A DNA stretch of 64,000 bases from a virus (IMGVR_UViG_3300027708_000016), one strand, 5' to 3'; positions 11,801 through 21,393 are shown, counted from the first letter of the stretch. A program made the numbers and translations. The notes: generated by a model not told the origin, from the sequence alone.

Positions 11801-12700
11801 ATTGTTATAATATTTTGTTACATCTGGTAAGGTTTGAACAACTAATGCATTGGATATGTTATAGGTTGGGTTGCTAACACAAGCACTATAAGTTACGAAA
11901 AGAGAATCTACATTTAAAGAATTAGAATAATTTGCTGATAAAGATGGTTCTAAATTTAATGAAATATATGATGGGTTTTTGCTTGTAAAATCAACAACAT
12001 TACGATCAACTCTAGTTGTTGATCCGCTTATGCCATATGTTAAGCTATAGTTAGCATAATTAGTAACTGGAATAAAATCCGAAAGATTAACAGTTGTGGG
12101 TAGTGCAGATAATCGATTATATAAATGATAAACCGTTGCATCATATTCTATTGTTGTTGACGCAAAATATTTAACGGAAGATAACATTACCTTAGTACTG
12201 GTAGTTAATTGCCACCCATATGGAATTTTTACTAAATCAGTTGGAATGGTAATAAGTTTGTTTGGATATAAAACATACCCTATTGATGCATCACTTGTTG
12301 GGTTTGGTGTTATATAAAAAAAGTTAAATTCGGAAGGTATTTGAAATGTTTTTCTTATAGTGCTAGTATTATAAGTAAATCCTATTGGTTTTTGATTACT
12401 TGCATCTGTACTATATATTGCTGGATATGCGCTGGAAAAATTTCCTGCTGGGTCAAGTGGTGATATAACCGAACCAGTTGAAGTATATGAACCCAAAGTA
12501 AAAAACTGATTGTATGTGTTGGTATTTAAATATGCATTAGCTATATCATTTGTTGGTCTTTTTTGATATCTAAGATAATTTCTATAAATGTAAGGACCTA
12601 AATTGGGATCTACAATTTGTGTGTCAGTTTCTGTTACATATGCCTCCGTATCAGGATATTTTCCTGTTGGATTAAAATTAAATGATTGTAAATTGCCCAT
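8846..12700 (-). CDS. Large hypothetical virion structural protein
   Basis: 1284 aa, N/S/T/Y-rich ORF next to baseplate genes; TAAATA upstream. Confidence 0.6.
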   Translation of the reverse strand: MGNLQSFNFNPTGKYPDTEAYVTETDTQIVDPNLGPYIYRNYLRYQKRPTNDIANAYLNTNTYNQFFTLGSYTSTGSVISPLDPAGNFSSAYPAIYSTDASNQKPIGFTYNTSTIRKTFQIPSEFNFFYITPNPTSDASIGYVLYPNKLITIPTDLVKIPYGWQLTTSTKVMLSSVKYFASTTIEYDATVYHLYNRLSALPTTVNLSDFIPVTNYANYSLTYGISGSTTRVDRNVVDFTSKNPSYISLNLEPSLSANYSNSLNVDSLFVTYSACVSNPTYNISNALVVQTLPDVTKYYNNVPLFNSSYIIYYPNATTNKFNNPNFQLIQTTIDPASALHSPKNCVMYVTLSTNNCNFAYFNNYTGSPYYAKGLVGSFIGVSYIADSPYIRKTKELIFGTVNPTTTWNLNVPYKLTDIIDQPKIYETKYPPHYYSYKTTLRDSNSAIVDSNSLNFYLYSKIVDPTTNQLNSNYVKLSSYITSDYNCLSYDLYSTCPNDYIRFKTNISSQYLPYVNFSYGENLSQSLTGKFYDIVKSPWIPVISGKDLLINYPNLDLGELNFTIRASLSSSVAGQLDAFNATNITLGKYLKPVNPWSIELDIFNETSNSITIDASTNNSLDGWPYVDLTYSNIIWYAKDSQGNIRNDLYFNGVDQNGNILQPIEPNSQYAFNANTWLINVSGFGPDTITVYLSANLEIKPSSIITDPSLFNYFSTGQLGVAPSSPLYNLQSPREIELSTYIPFNGKLYNLSPDYGSVPMYWTWSYDAQTDPTNQPISAYKIDSNGNIISSYKFGTQSTFQEISTIKILVAPYSNNTYPELHKIYVNAYTDIIYPCLSGSYNFSVDDLPDSNIINADFISTYDIDSDNKILSNTNIGQNTITRSELNYSIFQFTPLTKNQNYYANINWYINGQLVNNKDSSQGIPYINIEDGSPNLYFNFYTSSLPTNDSNLLSALVTMQLTSVVAPGWTSAHDFKASTYVYFLSSVIFENPIEFLTYPQVGFNNGFAYLLTSVDATDSKTYLNYTLTNYPSSYNNTANDTISLWLSSNRNDFNYYEYQNFSTYEITTINSSYAVADIPYNPNDIQLMNNGLKLSLVAYNDTTFPESMGTSYYALSAIGENNSIVKRSFNNTFTTYDSICSVSANPFQCSPLILPYDDVEFTFSVLNTSINLDDTKNVVIQQNFNVSSPTSPTNIMAGSVYYCLSGVYWTVCQDLSSGVAYNNNNPVTIFKIKIGDPYVPLYSGSLGIQDFFVYATPKVFQGIPSTVFAKISSQLPSVINNWNQISL

Positions 12701-12742
12701 CTTCTATAATATTTAGATTAAACTCTTTGTTTTTATAGTGGT

Positions 12743-15700
12743 TTATGATATTAACCCTAATCCATTATAAAGCTTATATGAAAATAATTGATCAACTATC
12801 TGTTCATCTCCTAACCATTGATAAAATGATGAAAGGTTTTGATTTACTGTTGTTTGTGAATTATTCCAATCTATAACATTATCATAATATGTTGTACTAA
12901 TTGTAGGTATAAAATGATAAAACTCATAATAAAAATTCCAAGTAATAACATCTAATCCTATAAAGTCGATTAATGTGCTTATTGGATATGAACTTAACCC
13001 TTTAATATTTCCAGTTTGTATTAAATTGTACTTATTTAATGATTTTGTTCGTAGAATAATAGGTGTTCCTGCTGAAACTATGTAATTATTTGATAATAGG
13101 GTTCCTCTGTTAAAAATACCGTCTTCAGATGCTTTGCTAAAATTATTTTGGTTTTTAGCAGGTGATCCCCATAATCTTGATTGATTAATGGATATTAAAT
13201 CCATTAATCTTTGTATATCGGGTGGGTAACTTAATTGATAATCATCTGTTAGTTCATTAACCGAAGCAGCTAAACTGTAAAGTTCGTTTATACCACAAAC
13301 ATCAACGTCTGCAATATTTTTGGTAAAATTAGATATTTTTTCATATGACTTAACACCTAAATCATCATGTTTAAATGGATACTCACCATATATGGAAGGT
13401 AAAAATTCATCAAACATGTATGTGCTATCTTGTAATGTTGGCATAAATGCCAATGATTTCATTTGCGCCCCCAGATCTTTATTTTCGTTGACCTTGAATG
13501 CGTCTACGCTATCATTTATATAAAAATTAAGCGGAATGGATTGACCAGATAAAGAAATTTGATGCGGTGCAATGTCTATGTTATGATTATATTTGTTTAT
13601 CCATTTAAATCCTGTCCAATCTCCATAAGCTTGAGCAGACTTTTGATATGGGTTATATTGAATGATTGTACCAGACTGATCAGTTGGTGAAAAAAACGTA
13701 AATCCTTTTGGGTTTACATAAAATTTATTTATGAATTTTTTTGTATTGCTATTAAAAACATAAACTTGATTTTCAACAGAATTTATAACGTATATAAATC
13801 CTCTTGCGTCTGATGCTATACCTTCCAATGCTGTCTCTGATGTATTATCGTCGGGAACAGTTAATCCTTTATCTGGATAGACATTATATTCTGAAACTGC
13901 TGATGAAGTAATGTTGCCATTTGCTACAAGAATATTCTTTATACATTTATTAAGATAATTGAACGTGTCAATTGTTTTGTTTTTGTGATCTGAAACCAAA
14001 CTATCTGGTAATCTTGATGTACTACCATTCCAATAAGCTAATCCATATTCTATTGATCTTGAATTCACACCCGTTAACAAATCGTTATATATTGCATCAA
14101 CTATTAAACCTACATCTCTGTTGCAAATCTGAATTATACTAGAATTTGTGTTTATTAAATATTGTTTTGCTGCAACATAATTAGAAACTTGATTTTGTAA
14201 AAGTGATCGGTTTGCTATTATGATATTGGCAATATTAATATCAGTTGCTGTTGCAGAACCAGCTGGAAAATATGAATTTAATGCACCGCTATTTTGAAGA
14301 GGATATACTATGTTAGCAACTCTTGCTGCTACATTTGCTTGTCTTGCGCTATCGGTAACAATATTATTATTTGTAACATATGTTGCAATCTGTAAAATAG
14401 CATTAATAGTTGGTTGTACTTCTTCTGTCGGTATAACTGGTATATTTATACCATTTCCTGTGGTTAATGTTTTTAATACACCCTTAAAATATAAATTACC
14501 AACTTCAATACAGCGATGATTTGCATTATTTGCAATATCAGATGATAATGCATCTACTATATACCCAGTATCTCTAAAGCATTTTGCTGTTAAAGTTGGG
14601 TTATTAGACATTGCATCTGGATAGTTAGTAATCGAATAATCAACAACTGCTTGTTGTATTTGAGACTTTGCTGTTAAAAGTTGTTGACTTGCTAACTGAT
14701 ATGAAGAGTTGGAAATAGCACCATATGGTTTACTTGCAGGAACATTATCAAGACTTAAAATTATTTTATTAATGTTATTAATACTATTGGTTATCGTATC
14801 AGATTGAGGAGATGGTGTATAAATTAATTCTGTAGGGTTGTCACGAGTTGTTGTTAACGGCGTGTCGTCATAATTAGATATATCAATTGTTGCAACACTT
14901 CCAGAAAGATTATCAATTGTTGCTATTCTAGAATATGAATATGTAAACCATATGTTTTGATTTATGTCAACAGTAAGGTTATTTAAGCCTCTTATATTAC
15001 CAAATGAACTTAAAAGATTTCCATTAGTATCTCTTTTTTCAAGTGATCCAATTGAATTATAAATGTCATTGGAAAGAGCTACCCATACGTTATTATTACA
15101 ATCAACTAAGACATCTTGTGGACAAGTTGATACAGGATAATTTATGGTTTTTAAAACGTTTCCATTTTCATCATATTTTATAAGATAACCGCTTGCATAA
15201 TTTGAGTAAGTTACCCAAACGTTATTGAATGTATCAGTATCTAAATATGTTGGCTCAACAAAATTTTGAGTTTCAATGGCAATATTAATTGGTTCATTTG
15301 CTTTATACCAATCATTATTAATATTTGGTTTTAATGAAACTAATGGATTTACAGCAAATTTAAATTTTCCGTTATTATCAAATTTTAATATTGATGATGT
15401 ATCATATAACGTCATCCAAATATTTTGTTTTCCATCGAGTGAAATTGATGCTGGAGAAACTTGATTTTCTACAAAGAATGTCAGATTATTATCTGTTGCA
15501 ACTTGATTAATATCAATTGCACATAATATTGTGCCACTTGATGAAAATTTATAAAGATAATTTAAGTCACCATCACATGCCCATGCTTGATGTATCGGTG
15601 GTGGTAATACAGCAATACTATTTATATTATGAAATCCTGATGTGGAATAGTTGTCTTTTGTAAAATCGGGTGTTTGTATAATCGGAACATTAAAATTATA

Positions 15701-16741
15701 AAGCTGTATTGTTTGTAAATTTTGATTATTCTCCAATAAAAAATTTTGCGGAGCATGATATTCCACGAGTCCAATCACACCTGCATTTGGATTTGATATC
15801 CAAATTTTGTTTGAATAATCATTTCCTGACAATGTAGGAGACATAAATGTCGAAGAAGCTGTTAAGATGACATTTAAAGTTGTTTGATATGGAACGTTTA
15901 AAAATGTTTTGCAATATCCAGATGCAAGATATCCATTTTGATCTGTTTTTTTGATTTCTAGGGGTGTGGTAAAGTATGAACTTAAATTTACGGTTCCTGC
16001 ATGAATATTAATATTGGATGATGCATTGCATGGAAAGTAATGACAGAAATTTGATTGTTCGTTAATTGGTGTAATTTCATTACCATCATTGAAAGTATCT
16101 TTATACTGTTTCCAATTGATATTAAAAATAACAGGGTGTTGAATTGCTGACCATCTAGGATTTATAAAATCTCTTATTCCATTTTCGGATACTTTAATGT
16201 AATCTGGTTCTCTATAATAAAAAATGTGTGGTTGTAATGCAATTGCCTCACTGTTACTATATCCCAATGTTATGTATTCTCTGTTACCGTCTATTACATT
16301 TAATCCGCTCGTTTGTAATGTTGCTAAAATGGTTGTATAAGGTTGATTTGATATAGCTAAATCAAAGTTATAAAGGTCATCAACAAAGTAAAACTCTGCT
16401 GTTCCACTAACACCAGCAAATGTACCACTAAGTGTATTTAAATTATTATTGCTATCTAAAAATAAAGAGGTATCTTTGGTTTTTATGGAATAAATTTGTT
16501 TGCCGCTTAAATCATAGAATCTACATTCTGGTCTTAAGAATGACCATTTATAGGTGTTAGCTTGTGGTGTGTATGATCTTGAATACTTGCTATCCAATGT
16601 TACAATATGATCACCTTCATAAGAAGACGTTATGTTGATTTTAAATGGAAACCTATTAATGTGACCAGCATAAGTTGGTGGTGGTGTAAAATCAAAATAT
16701 ATTGATTCGTTTAATGGTAATGGAAATTCAACTATATACAT
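12743..16741 (-). CDS. Large virion protein with Vgb/NHL-like beta-propeller and two CxRDxGxIVDA helical repeats
   Basis: Propeller blades (SISLDGKQNIWMTLYD, DVLVDCNNNVWVAL, NLTVDINQNIWFTY); repeats KCFRDTGYIVDAL and ICNRDVGLIVDAI. Confidence 0.6.
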   Translation of the reverse strand: MYIVEFPLPLNESIYFDFTPPPTYAGHINRFPFKINITSSYEGDHIVTLDSKYSRSYTPQANTYKWSFLRPECRFYDLSGKQIYSIKTKDTSLFLDSNNNLNTLSGTFAGVSGTAEFYFVDDLYNFDLAISNQPYTTILATLQTSGLNVIDGNREYITLGYSNSEAIALQPHIFYYREPDYIKVSENGIRDFINPRWSAIQHPVIFNINWKQYKDTFNDGNEITPINEQSNFCHYFPCNASSNINIHAGTVNLSSYFTTPLEIKKTDQNGYLASGYCKTFLNVPYQTTLNVILTASSTFMSPTLSGNDYSNKIWISNPNAGVIGLVEYHAPQNFLLENNQNLQTIQLYNFNVPIIQTPDFTKDNYSTSGFHNINSIAVLPPPIHQAWACDGDLNYLYKFSSSGTILCAIDINQVATDNNLTFFVENQVSPASISLDGKQNIWMTLYDTSSILKFDNNGKFKFAVNPLVSLKPNINNDWYKANEPINIAIETQNFVEPTYLDTDTFNNVWVTYSNYASGYLIKYDENGNVLKTINYPVSTCPQDVLVDCNNNVWVALSNDIYNSIGSLEKRDTNGNLLSSFGNIRGLNNLTVDINQNIWFTYSYSRIATIDNLSGSVATIDISNYDDTPLTTTRDNPTELIYTPSPQSDTITNSINNINKIILSLDNVPASKPYGAISNSSYQLASQQLLTAKSQIQQAVVDYSITNYPDAMSNNPTLTAKCFRDTGYIVDALSSDIANNANHRCIEVGNLYFKGVLKTLTTGNGINIPVIPTEEVQPTINAILQIATYVTNNNIVTDSARQANVAARVANIVYPLQNSGALNSYFPAGSATATDINIANIIIANRSLLQNQVSNYVAAKQYLINTNSSIIQICNRDVGLIVDAIYNDLLTGVNSRSIEYGLAYWNGSTSRLPDSLVSDHKNKTIDTFNYLNKCIKNILVANGNITSSAVSEYNVYPDKGLTVPDDNTSETALEGIASDARGFIYVINSVENQVYVFNSNTKKFINKFYVNPKGFTFFSPTDQSGTIIQYNPYQKSAQAYGDWTGFKWINKYNHNIDIAPHQISLSGQSIPLNFYINDSVDAFKVNENKDLGAQMKSLAFMPTLQDSTYMFDEFLPSIYGEYPFKHDDLGVKSYEKISNFTKNIADVDVCGINELYSLAASVNELTDDYQLSYPPDIQRLMDLISINQSRLWGSPAKNQNNFSKASEDGIFNRGTLLSNNYIVSAGTPIILRTKSLNKYNLIQTGNIKGLSSYPISTLIDFIGLDVITWNFYYEFYHFIPTISTTYYDNVIDWNNSQTTVNQNLSSFYQWLGDEQIVDQLFSYKLYNGLGLIS

Positions 16742-16746
16742 AGTTT

Positions 16747-18540
16747 TTAATAGTCTGTTACTTGTATAACCCCAGAAGGTTCTATTATCTCAATTCTGGA
16801 AATTAAATTTGTAATATTGTTGAATTTTGGATATTGGAAATATTGCAATTGTATATTTTGTGTAGTAACATTTGCGTCTAGGTTAGCATATGTTTCATTC
16901 CATATAATCAATGAAAGACCGTTAACATATGTATTTGTATCGCTTCTATAAGTTTGAAATGATTCAATGCCATCAACATTTGTAATGTCAGTTGATAGTT
17001 GATTAATATCAATCATCTGACCTAAAGTTGAAGTGGTATTATTAAAGTAAGAATTTATAATTTTAATAACATCATTTAATATACCAGAAGATGCTCTTCT
17101 CGTGTTTGAACTTTTACGAATTAAAAGTTTACATTTAGAAATATCATTAATGTTTACTTTAGATAATGGAGATTTTACATAAAAATCTAAATCCATATAA
17201 ACTGGATCAATTGGTACAACCTGTGACGTTAAAACTTTACCAGCCTGTAAATCATTTAAAATGAGTTCTTTTTGTGCAGCATTTACATATTGTTGGGTTC
17301 CATTTAATGGAACAAGATACACATAAATGTTGTTAAAGTTACAACTGTTTGCAAATTGAACTTGGTTATATAATACTCTACCATCAAGTTGAGGGTAATT
17401 TAAACCAATATCATAAAGATACTTTAAATGACCTGTTAAGTAATCATCATTGTTAACTACATGAACATCTGATATGATATTGTTATAATTATTTTTAATA
17501 AAGTTTTTAAAGTCTAACGTTGTGACTAATCTTTGTTGGTAACTGAAATTTTTTGATGCATTGCTTCTAATTTGATCAACGCTTTCTTCTTGTGAATAAG
17601 GATTTGATGGATATTCATTAGATAACGAAATATACTTGATTTGATCACTTGTTAATAAAGATGAAATTTGAGAACTAGTTAAAATATCATTTTGGATTTC
17701 TGAAAAATTAATGCTATTATATGGAATTAAACTACTAGTGTTTATAGTGTTTGCAGCTATAGTTTGTGCATCGGGATCTAAATTTAGATAATAAACAATT
17801 ACATTGTCATTTATATTTAAAGATTTGCCATTAATATTATCACCAAATTTAATTTCATAATTTTGATTTGGGTTATATCTTAATTCATAAACTCTATCAG
17901 TTGATTTATTTAAAAATAAATTTTGAGTCTGTGACCACTGTGACCAAGTACCAGTATTAATATCCTTTACATAAACAAAAATATTAAAATGATCAATATA
18001 AGTTGATGTGCCTAAATTTAAATATAAAACTTCATTGTTATTACCTAATGCATTATAAGTTGGATATTCTTGAAACTGTCCTTGGTATAAGAATAAATCA
18101 GAAATTTGATTCTGTAAATGAATTAACCCGTCAGCAGTATTTGTAAAATATATGTCATTATTAACCGAAAAACTTGTTCCACCAACACTTAAATATGTGT
18201 ATCTAGGTATTATATAATTTCCAGCTGGTAAATTAGTTTTTGAGTTAATATTGTACCCAACAGTTTGTGTAACTTTACCAACAGGATTATAATTTAAAAG
18301 TTTTACAATTCTATTCATGTTTTCATAGATTTGTGCTTCTGAAAACAAACTTTCTGATGATGTTTTATTTAAATAGTATAAAAGTGTACTGAAAGTATAG
18401 CTTATTACGTCTATCAATGCAGATAAATTTGATCCTTGATAATTTTGATCGGTGAATATCTGTCCTTCGTTTAGTCTTTGAACTATTAGATCTCTTATAC
18501 TAGTACCGTCAAAAGAAATGTATGAATTGTTATTAGCCAT
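16747..18540 (-). CDS. gp6: Baseplate wedge subunit (T4 gp6-like)
   Basis: FTDQNYQGSNLSALIDVISY...SESLFSEAQ...IVKLLNYNP; ESVDQIR...QQRLVTTLDF. Confidence 0.9.
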   Translation of the reverse strand: MANNNSYISFDGTSIRDLIVQRLNEGQIFTDQNYQGSNLSALIDVISYTFSTLLYYLNKTSSESLFSEAQIYENMNRIVKLLNYNPVGKVTQTVGYNINSKTNLPAGNYIIPRYTYLSVGGTSFSVNNDIYFTNTADGLIHLQNQISDLFLYQGQFQEYPTYNALGNNNEVLYLNLGTSTYIDHFNIFVYVKDINTGTWSQWSQTQNLFLNKSTDRVYELRYNPNQNYEIKFGDNINGKSLNINDNVIVYYLNLDPDAQTIAANTINTSSLIPYNSINFSEIQNDILTSSQISSLLTSDQIKYISLSNEYPSNPYSQEESVDQIRSNASKNFSYQQRLVTTLDFKNFIKNNYNNIISDVHVVNNDDYLTGHLKYLYDIGLNYPQLDGRVLYNQVQFANSCNFNNIYVYLVPLNGTQQYVNAAQKELILNDLQAGKVLTSQVVPIDPVYMDLDFYVKSPLSKVNINDISKCKLLIRKSSNTRRASSGILNDVIKIINSYFNNTTSTLGQMIDINQLSTDITNVDGIESFQTYRSDTNTYVNGLSLIIWNETYANLDANVTTQNIQLQYFQYPKFNNITNLISRIEIIEPSGVIQVTDY

Positions 18541-18554
18541 TATTAATAATTATC

Positions 18555-19151
18555 TTAAACTATCACTTGTCCTCCCATTTGAGCAAGAATAGTGATAACA
18601 TCCTTGTTTGGTAAATCTTTAAATTGATAAAATACACTTATCGCATAACCTTCGCCATAAGATGCAGTTGGATTTTTTGAAATTGTATTGTTGTTTCTTA
18701 CAAATACTGAAAGTTGACTACCATCTAAATTATATGATGGTGAATTGTTTTGATTTGGTACAACATAAACTTGTAAAACTGTGATTCTTGGTTCATATTG
18801 TGTTATGCCATCATATATTAAGTTTCCTATTGCTTGTGCACCTAATTCACTAACTGGCTCAAATAAAAATGATTCTAAAGAACAACCAAAATTGGGATCT
18901 AAAACTTTTTGACCTTTCATGGTTGTAAAAAGGTTTCTTATTGAGTTTTTAACAGCTTGAATATCAGTATCTACAGATATATCACCACCTTGTGCTGGTT
19001 TATCTCCTAATCCAACATTATTAGAAAAAGAAAGATCCAAGTGCAAATCTTTATAAACTGGACTAGTAATGGTAACTTGATTACTATTTAAAGTATTAGG
19101 TGAATTAACTTTTTTTGGTTGAATTAAATTATTTAGGTCGATTGTTGCCAT
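18555..19151 (-). CDS. gp25: Baseplate wedge subunit/sheath initiator (T4 gp25-like)
   Basis: DIQAVKNSIRNLFTTMKGQKVLDPNFGCSLESFLFEP...ITQYEPRI. Confidence 0.88.
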   Translation of the reverse strand: MATIDLNNLIQPKKVNSPNTLNSNQVTITSPVYKDLHLDLSFSNNVGLGDKPAQGGDISVDTDIQAVKNSIRNLFTTMKGQKVLDPNFGCSLESFLFEPVSELGAQAIGNLIYDGITQYEPRITVLQVYVVPNQNNSPSYNLDGSQLSVFVRNNNTISKNPTASYGEGYAISVFYQFKDLPNKDVITILAQMGGQVIV

Positions 19152-19158
19152 GACAAGT

Positions 19159-19171
19159 GTAAATATACTTA
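19159..19171. promoter_or_regulatory. Bidirectional late-promoter element GTAAATATACTTA
   Basis: TAAATA on + and TAAGTA on - between divergent genes; identical copy at 20892-20904. Confidence 0.6.
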
Positions 19172-19177
19172 TAGCAT

Positions 19178-19762
19178 ATGACCAAGTTTAATAAATTTGA
19201 TACACTTTTAGAAACAGCCTTTTCACATTACTCAAATGGTGGATTCCGTGAGGGTAGTCCAGTAAGACTTAAACCTTCATTTCTAAAAAGCAATTATTTT
19301 ATCAACCATTATAGTGGTGATGAAGTTTTTGTTAATTGGATTACTGATTTAATCGAAAGAAATTATTTCTTCTTTATCAAAAGAGTTGTTGGTCATGGTG
19401 CAATGCAGGATGTAAAGGACGCAAATGATAATGAAGGTGCGGGTATGGCTTACTTAATTTTAAAGCAAGATCCTAGAAGTGTATCAGTTCCTACAGAGTT
19501 AGGAGAATTCACCGTTCCTGCTAGTTTTGAAATACTTGAAGTTTTAAAGTTTGGAAATAATCTTCCTCCAGTTCAAGGAACACCAAATAAGTACGAGCTT
19601 CCTATTGGTGATCAGAAAGCTCAACCAGTTAAAATTGACATTACTATTAATAATCGTCCTTCTGATGATGAGTTACCTTTAACTAATACTGCAATCCCTG
19701 CATCCCCTGCTAGTGGTGCAGTATATGCTAAACCTACAAAGCTTAAAAAATATTCTCGATAG
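19178..19762 (+). CDS. Hypothetical protein, possible internal head protein
   Basis: 194 aa; the N-terminus MTKFNKFDTLLE resembles T4 capsid-targeting leaders. Confidence 0.6.
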   Translation: MTKFNKFDTLLETAFSHYSNGGFREGSPVRLKPSFLKSNYFINHYSGDEVFVNWITDLIERNYFFFIKRVVGHGAMQDVKDANDNEGAGMAYLILKQDPRSVSVPTELGEFTVPASFEILEVLKFGNNLPPVQGTPNKYELPIGDQKAQPVKIDITINNRPSDDELPLTNTAIPASPASGAVYAKPTKLKKYSR

Positions 19763-20672
19763 CCATTAGGCAACAAAAGAAGTTAATTTCGTGATCTACT
19801 ACGAAATTGTCTCTATATAAATGTTCGCCTATATCAAGTAAGATTCTTTTCTTCTTATCGTCCTTTATATTTGCCGAATTATAGAAGAAATCCATAATTT
19901 CTTTCATAAGAGTCTGATAATCTCCAGCAAAACTTCTTTCGTTTTCTATGACGATCTTTCGTATCTCAATAGAATCGATTTTACATGTCAAATTGGTATA
20001 TACTTTCTTTGCCAAATTCTTAATATCATCAGACTCTTTAATTGTCAGTGCACCTGAAGCAGAAAATCTCTGTAAATCATTGATAATCCTCCTTAAATCA
20101 GGATAGTGTTTTTTGATATGTTCTACCAAAGTAATCTTTTGTTGCTCATCTACAGTTATATTCTCAGATTTAAGAATATAACTGCATCTTTTAATACAAT
20201 CAGTTATATCAGGTTGTATCTTAAACCTCAAACACCTAGATTGTATGGGTTCAATGATTCTATTAATATAGTTCGCCGTTAAAATGAATCTAGTGGTATT
20301 AGAATACTCTTCCATTACGCTTCTCAAGATCCTTTGAGCTTCCCCTGACGTACCACAAAATTCATCTAATATGATTACCTTCTTTTTACCATCAAGTGAT
20401 GAGGTTTGCGCAAAAGAAATTACCTTGTTTCTTATTGTGTCTACGCCATTTTCATCTGATGCATTAATGTAAAGATATTGGCATTTCAATACATCATTAA
20501 CTAAGATCTTGGCAAGAGTTGTTTTACCTGTTCCAGCATTACCATGTAGAAGCAAATGTGGAGTATTTTCGTCTATAGTTGAAAAAAACTTTGAATTCTC
20601 TTCAGACAATACCAAATCTTGCAAAATTTTGGGTCTGTATTTTTCGACCCATAATTGATTATACAAACTCAT
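19743..20672 (-). CDS. gp44: Sliding-clamp loader large subunit (RFC-like AAA+)
   Basis: LWVEKYRP; Walker A GNAGTGKTT; INASDENGVDTIR; Walker B IILDE; IIEPIQSRC; PDLRRIINDLQ. Confidence 0.95.
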   Translation of the reverse strand: MSLYNQLWVEKYRPKILQDLVLSEENSKFFSTIDENTPHLLLHGNAGTGKTTLAKILVNDVLKCQYLYINASDENGVDTIRNKVISFAQTSSLDGKKKVIILDEFCGTSGEAQRILRSVMEEYSNTTRFILTANYINRIIEPIQSRCLRFKIQPDITDCIKRCSYILKSENITVDEQQKITLVEHIKKHYPDLRRIINDLQRFSASGALTIKESDDIKNLAKKVYTNLTCKIDSIEIRKIVIENERSFAGDYQTLMKEIMDFFYNSANIKDDKKKRILLDIGEHLYRDNFVVDHEINFFCCLMAIENIF

Positions 20673-20679
20673 ACCCTCA

Positions 20680-20707
20680 ATGATAGAGGATATTTTGAAA
20701 ATGTCAA
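20680..20707 (-). promoter_or_regulatory. Sigma70-like promoter TTGACA-N16-TATCAT (gp44)
   Basis: The -10 box ends 7 nt before the ATG at 20672. Confidence 0.7.
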
Positions 20708-20877
20708 CCGTTTATCAAAGTTCTACCATCACTTTGAGTATGGCTAGAAAGCATTTCCGTTGTTTGTTGTTGGGGCATTATAACCTGTGCAGATTTAATC
20801 CAGTTAATGATTTCGTGTACTCTTGAAGTTGGAATAGTAAAAGTTCCAACGTTTTGTATTGTTATTGTTGTTGTCAT
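20704..20877 (-). CDS. Small hypothetical protein (57 aa), absent from the ORF track
   Basis: Manual translation MTTTITIQNVGTFTIPTSRVHEIINWIKSAQVIMPQQQTTEMLSSHTQSDGRTLING*; it fills the gap between gp44 and the next gene. Confidence 0.6.
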   Translation of the reverse strand: MTTTITIQNVGTFTIPTSRVHEIINWIKSAQVIMPQQQTTEMLSSHTQSDGRTLING

Positions 20878-20891
20878 ATATAAATATATAG

Positions 20892-20904
20892 GTAAATATA
20901 CTTA
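20892..20904. promoter_or_regulatory. Bidirectional late-promoter element GTAAATATACTTA
   Basis: Identical to 19159-19171, also between divergent genes. Confidence 0.6.
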
Positions 20905-20905
20905 C

Positions 20906-21391
20906 ATGTCAAGCGATAACGAAATAGATTCAATTATAGATCAATTAAAGGCAGATGCAGTTCCTGCCAAAACAATTATACCAGAACCAGAACCATTAGA
21001 GGAACTTACTGATGAGAATGTTGGGGATTATGTGTACAAGAAATCAGCATCATTAGTTGAATCAACACTTGGTGCTGTTCAAGCATTAAAGGATAATGTT
21101 TTAACTGGTAGTGACCCAAGAGAAATATCAGCATTGTCACAGCTTATTAATTCAGCAACAAAAGCACTTGATCAACTTAATAAAATTAATATTCAAAACA
21201 AACAAAGTAAAAATAACATTGAAGTTAAGAGAATGGAAATTGCCGCTAATGCAGACAGACCACAATTACCTAACACTACAAACGTATTAATTGCAACGAG
21301 AGATGAAATTATGTCTCAAATTTTTAATCCTAAATCAACAAAAAAACAACCATTAGAGATTGTTGATGCTGAGTTTTCTAAAGAAAATTGA
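20906..21391 (+). CDS. gp16: Probable terminase small subunit (T4 gp16-like)
   Basis: DPREISALSQLINSATKALDQLNKI...TNVLIATRDEIMSQI parallels the gp16 pattern xPRAYEV..QLI..../TNNxxFxGSTxEL. The ATG at 20906 is preferred to the track start at 20807. Confidence 0.55.
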   Translation: MSSDNEIDSIIDQLKADAVPAKTIIPEPEPLEELTDENVGDYVYKKSASLVESTLGAVQALKDNVLTGSDPREISALSQLINSATKALDQLNKINIQNKQSKNNIEVKRMEIAANADRPQLPNTTNVLIATRDEIMSQIFNPKSTKKQPLEIVDAEFSKEN

Positions 21392-21393
21392 TG

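Noticed and set aside
20807-20905. Long N-terminal extensions given by the ORF track (also at 37357, 38180, 58652, 58786 and 62222)
   Set aside because: They overlap neighbouring genes or promoters; downstream ATGs match the domain starts and the promoter spacing.
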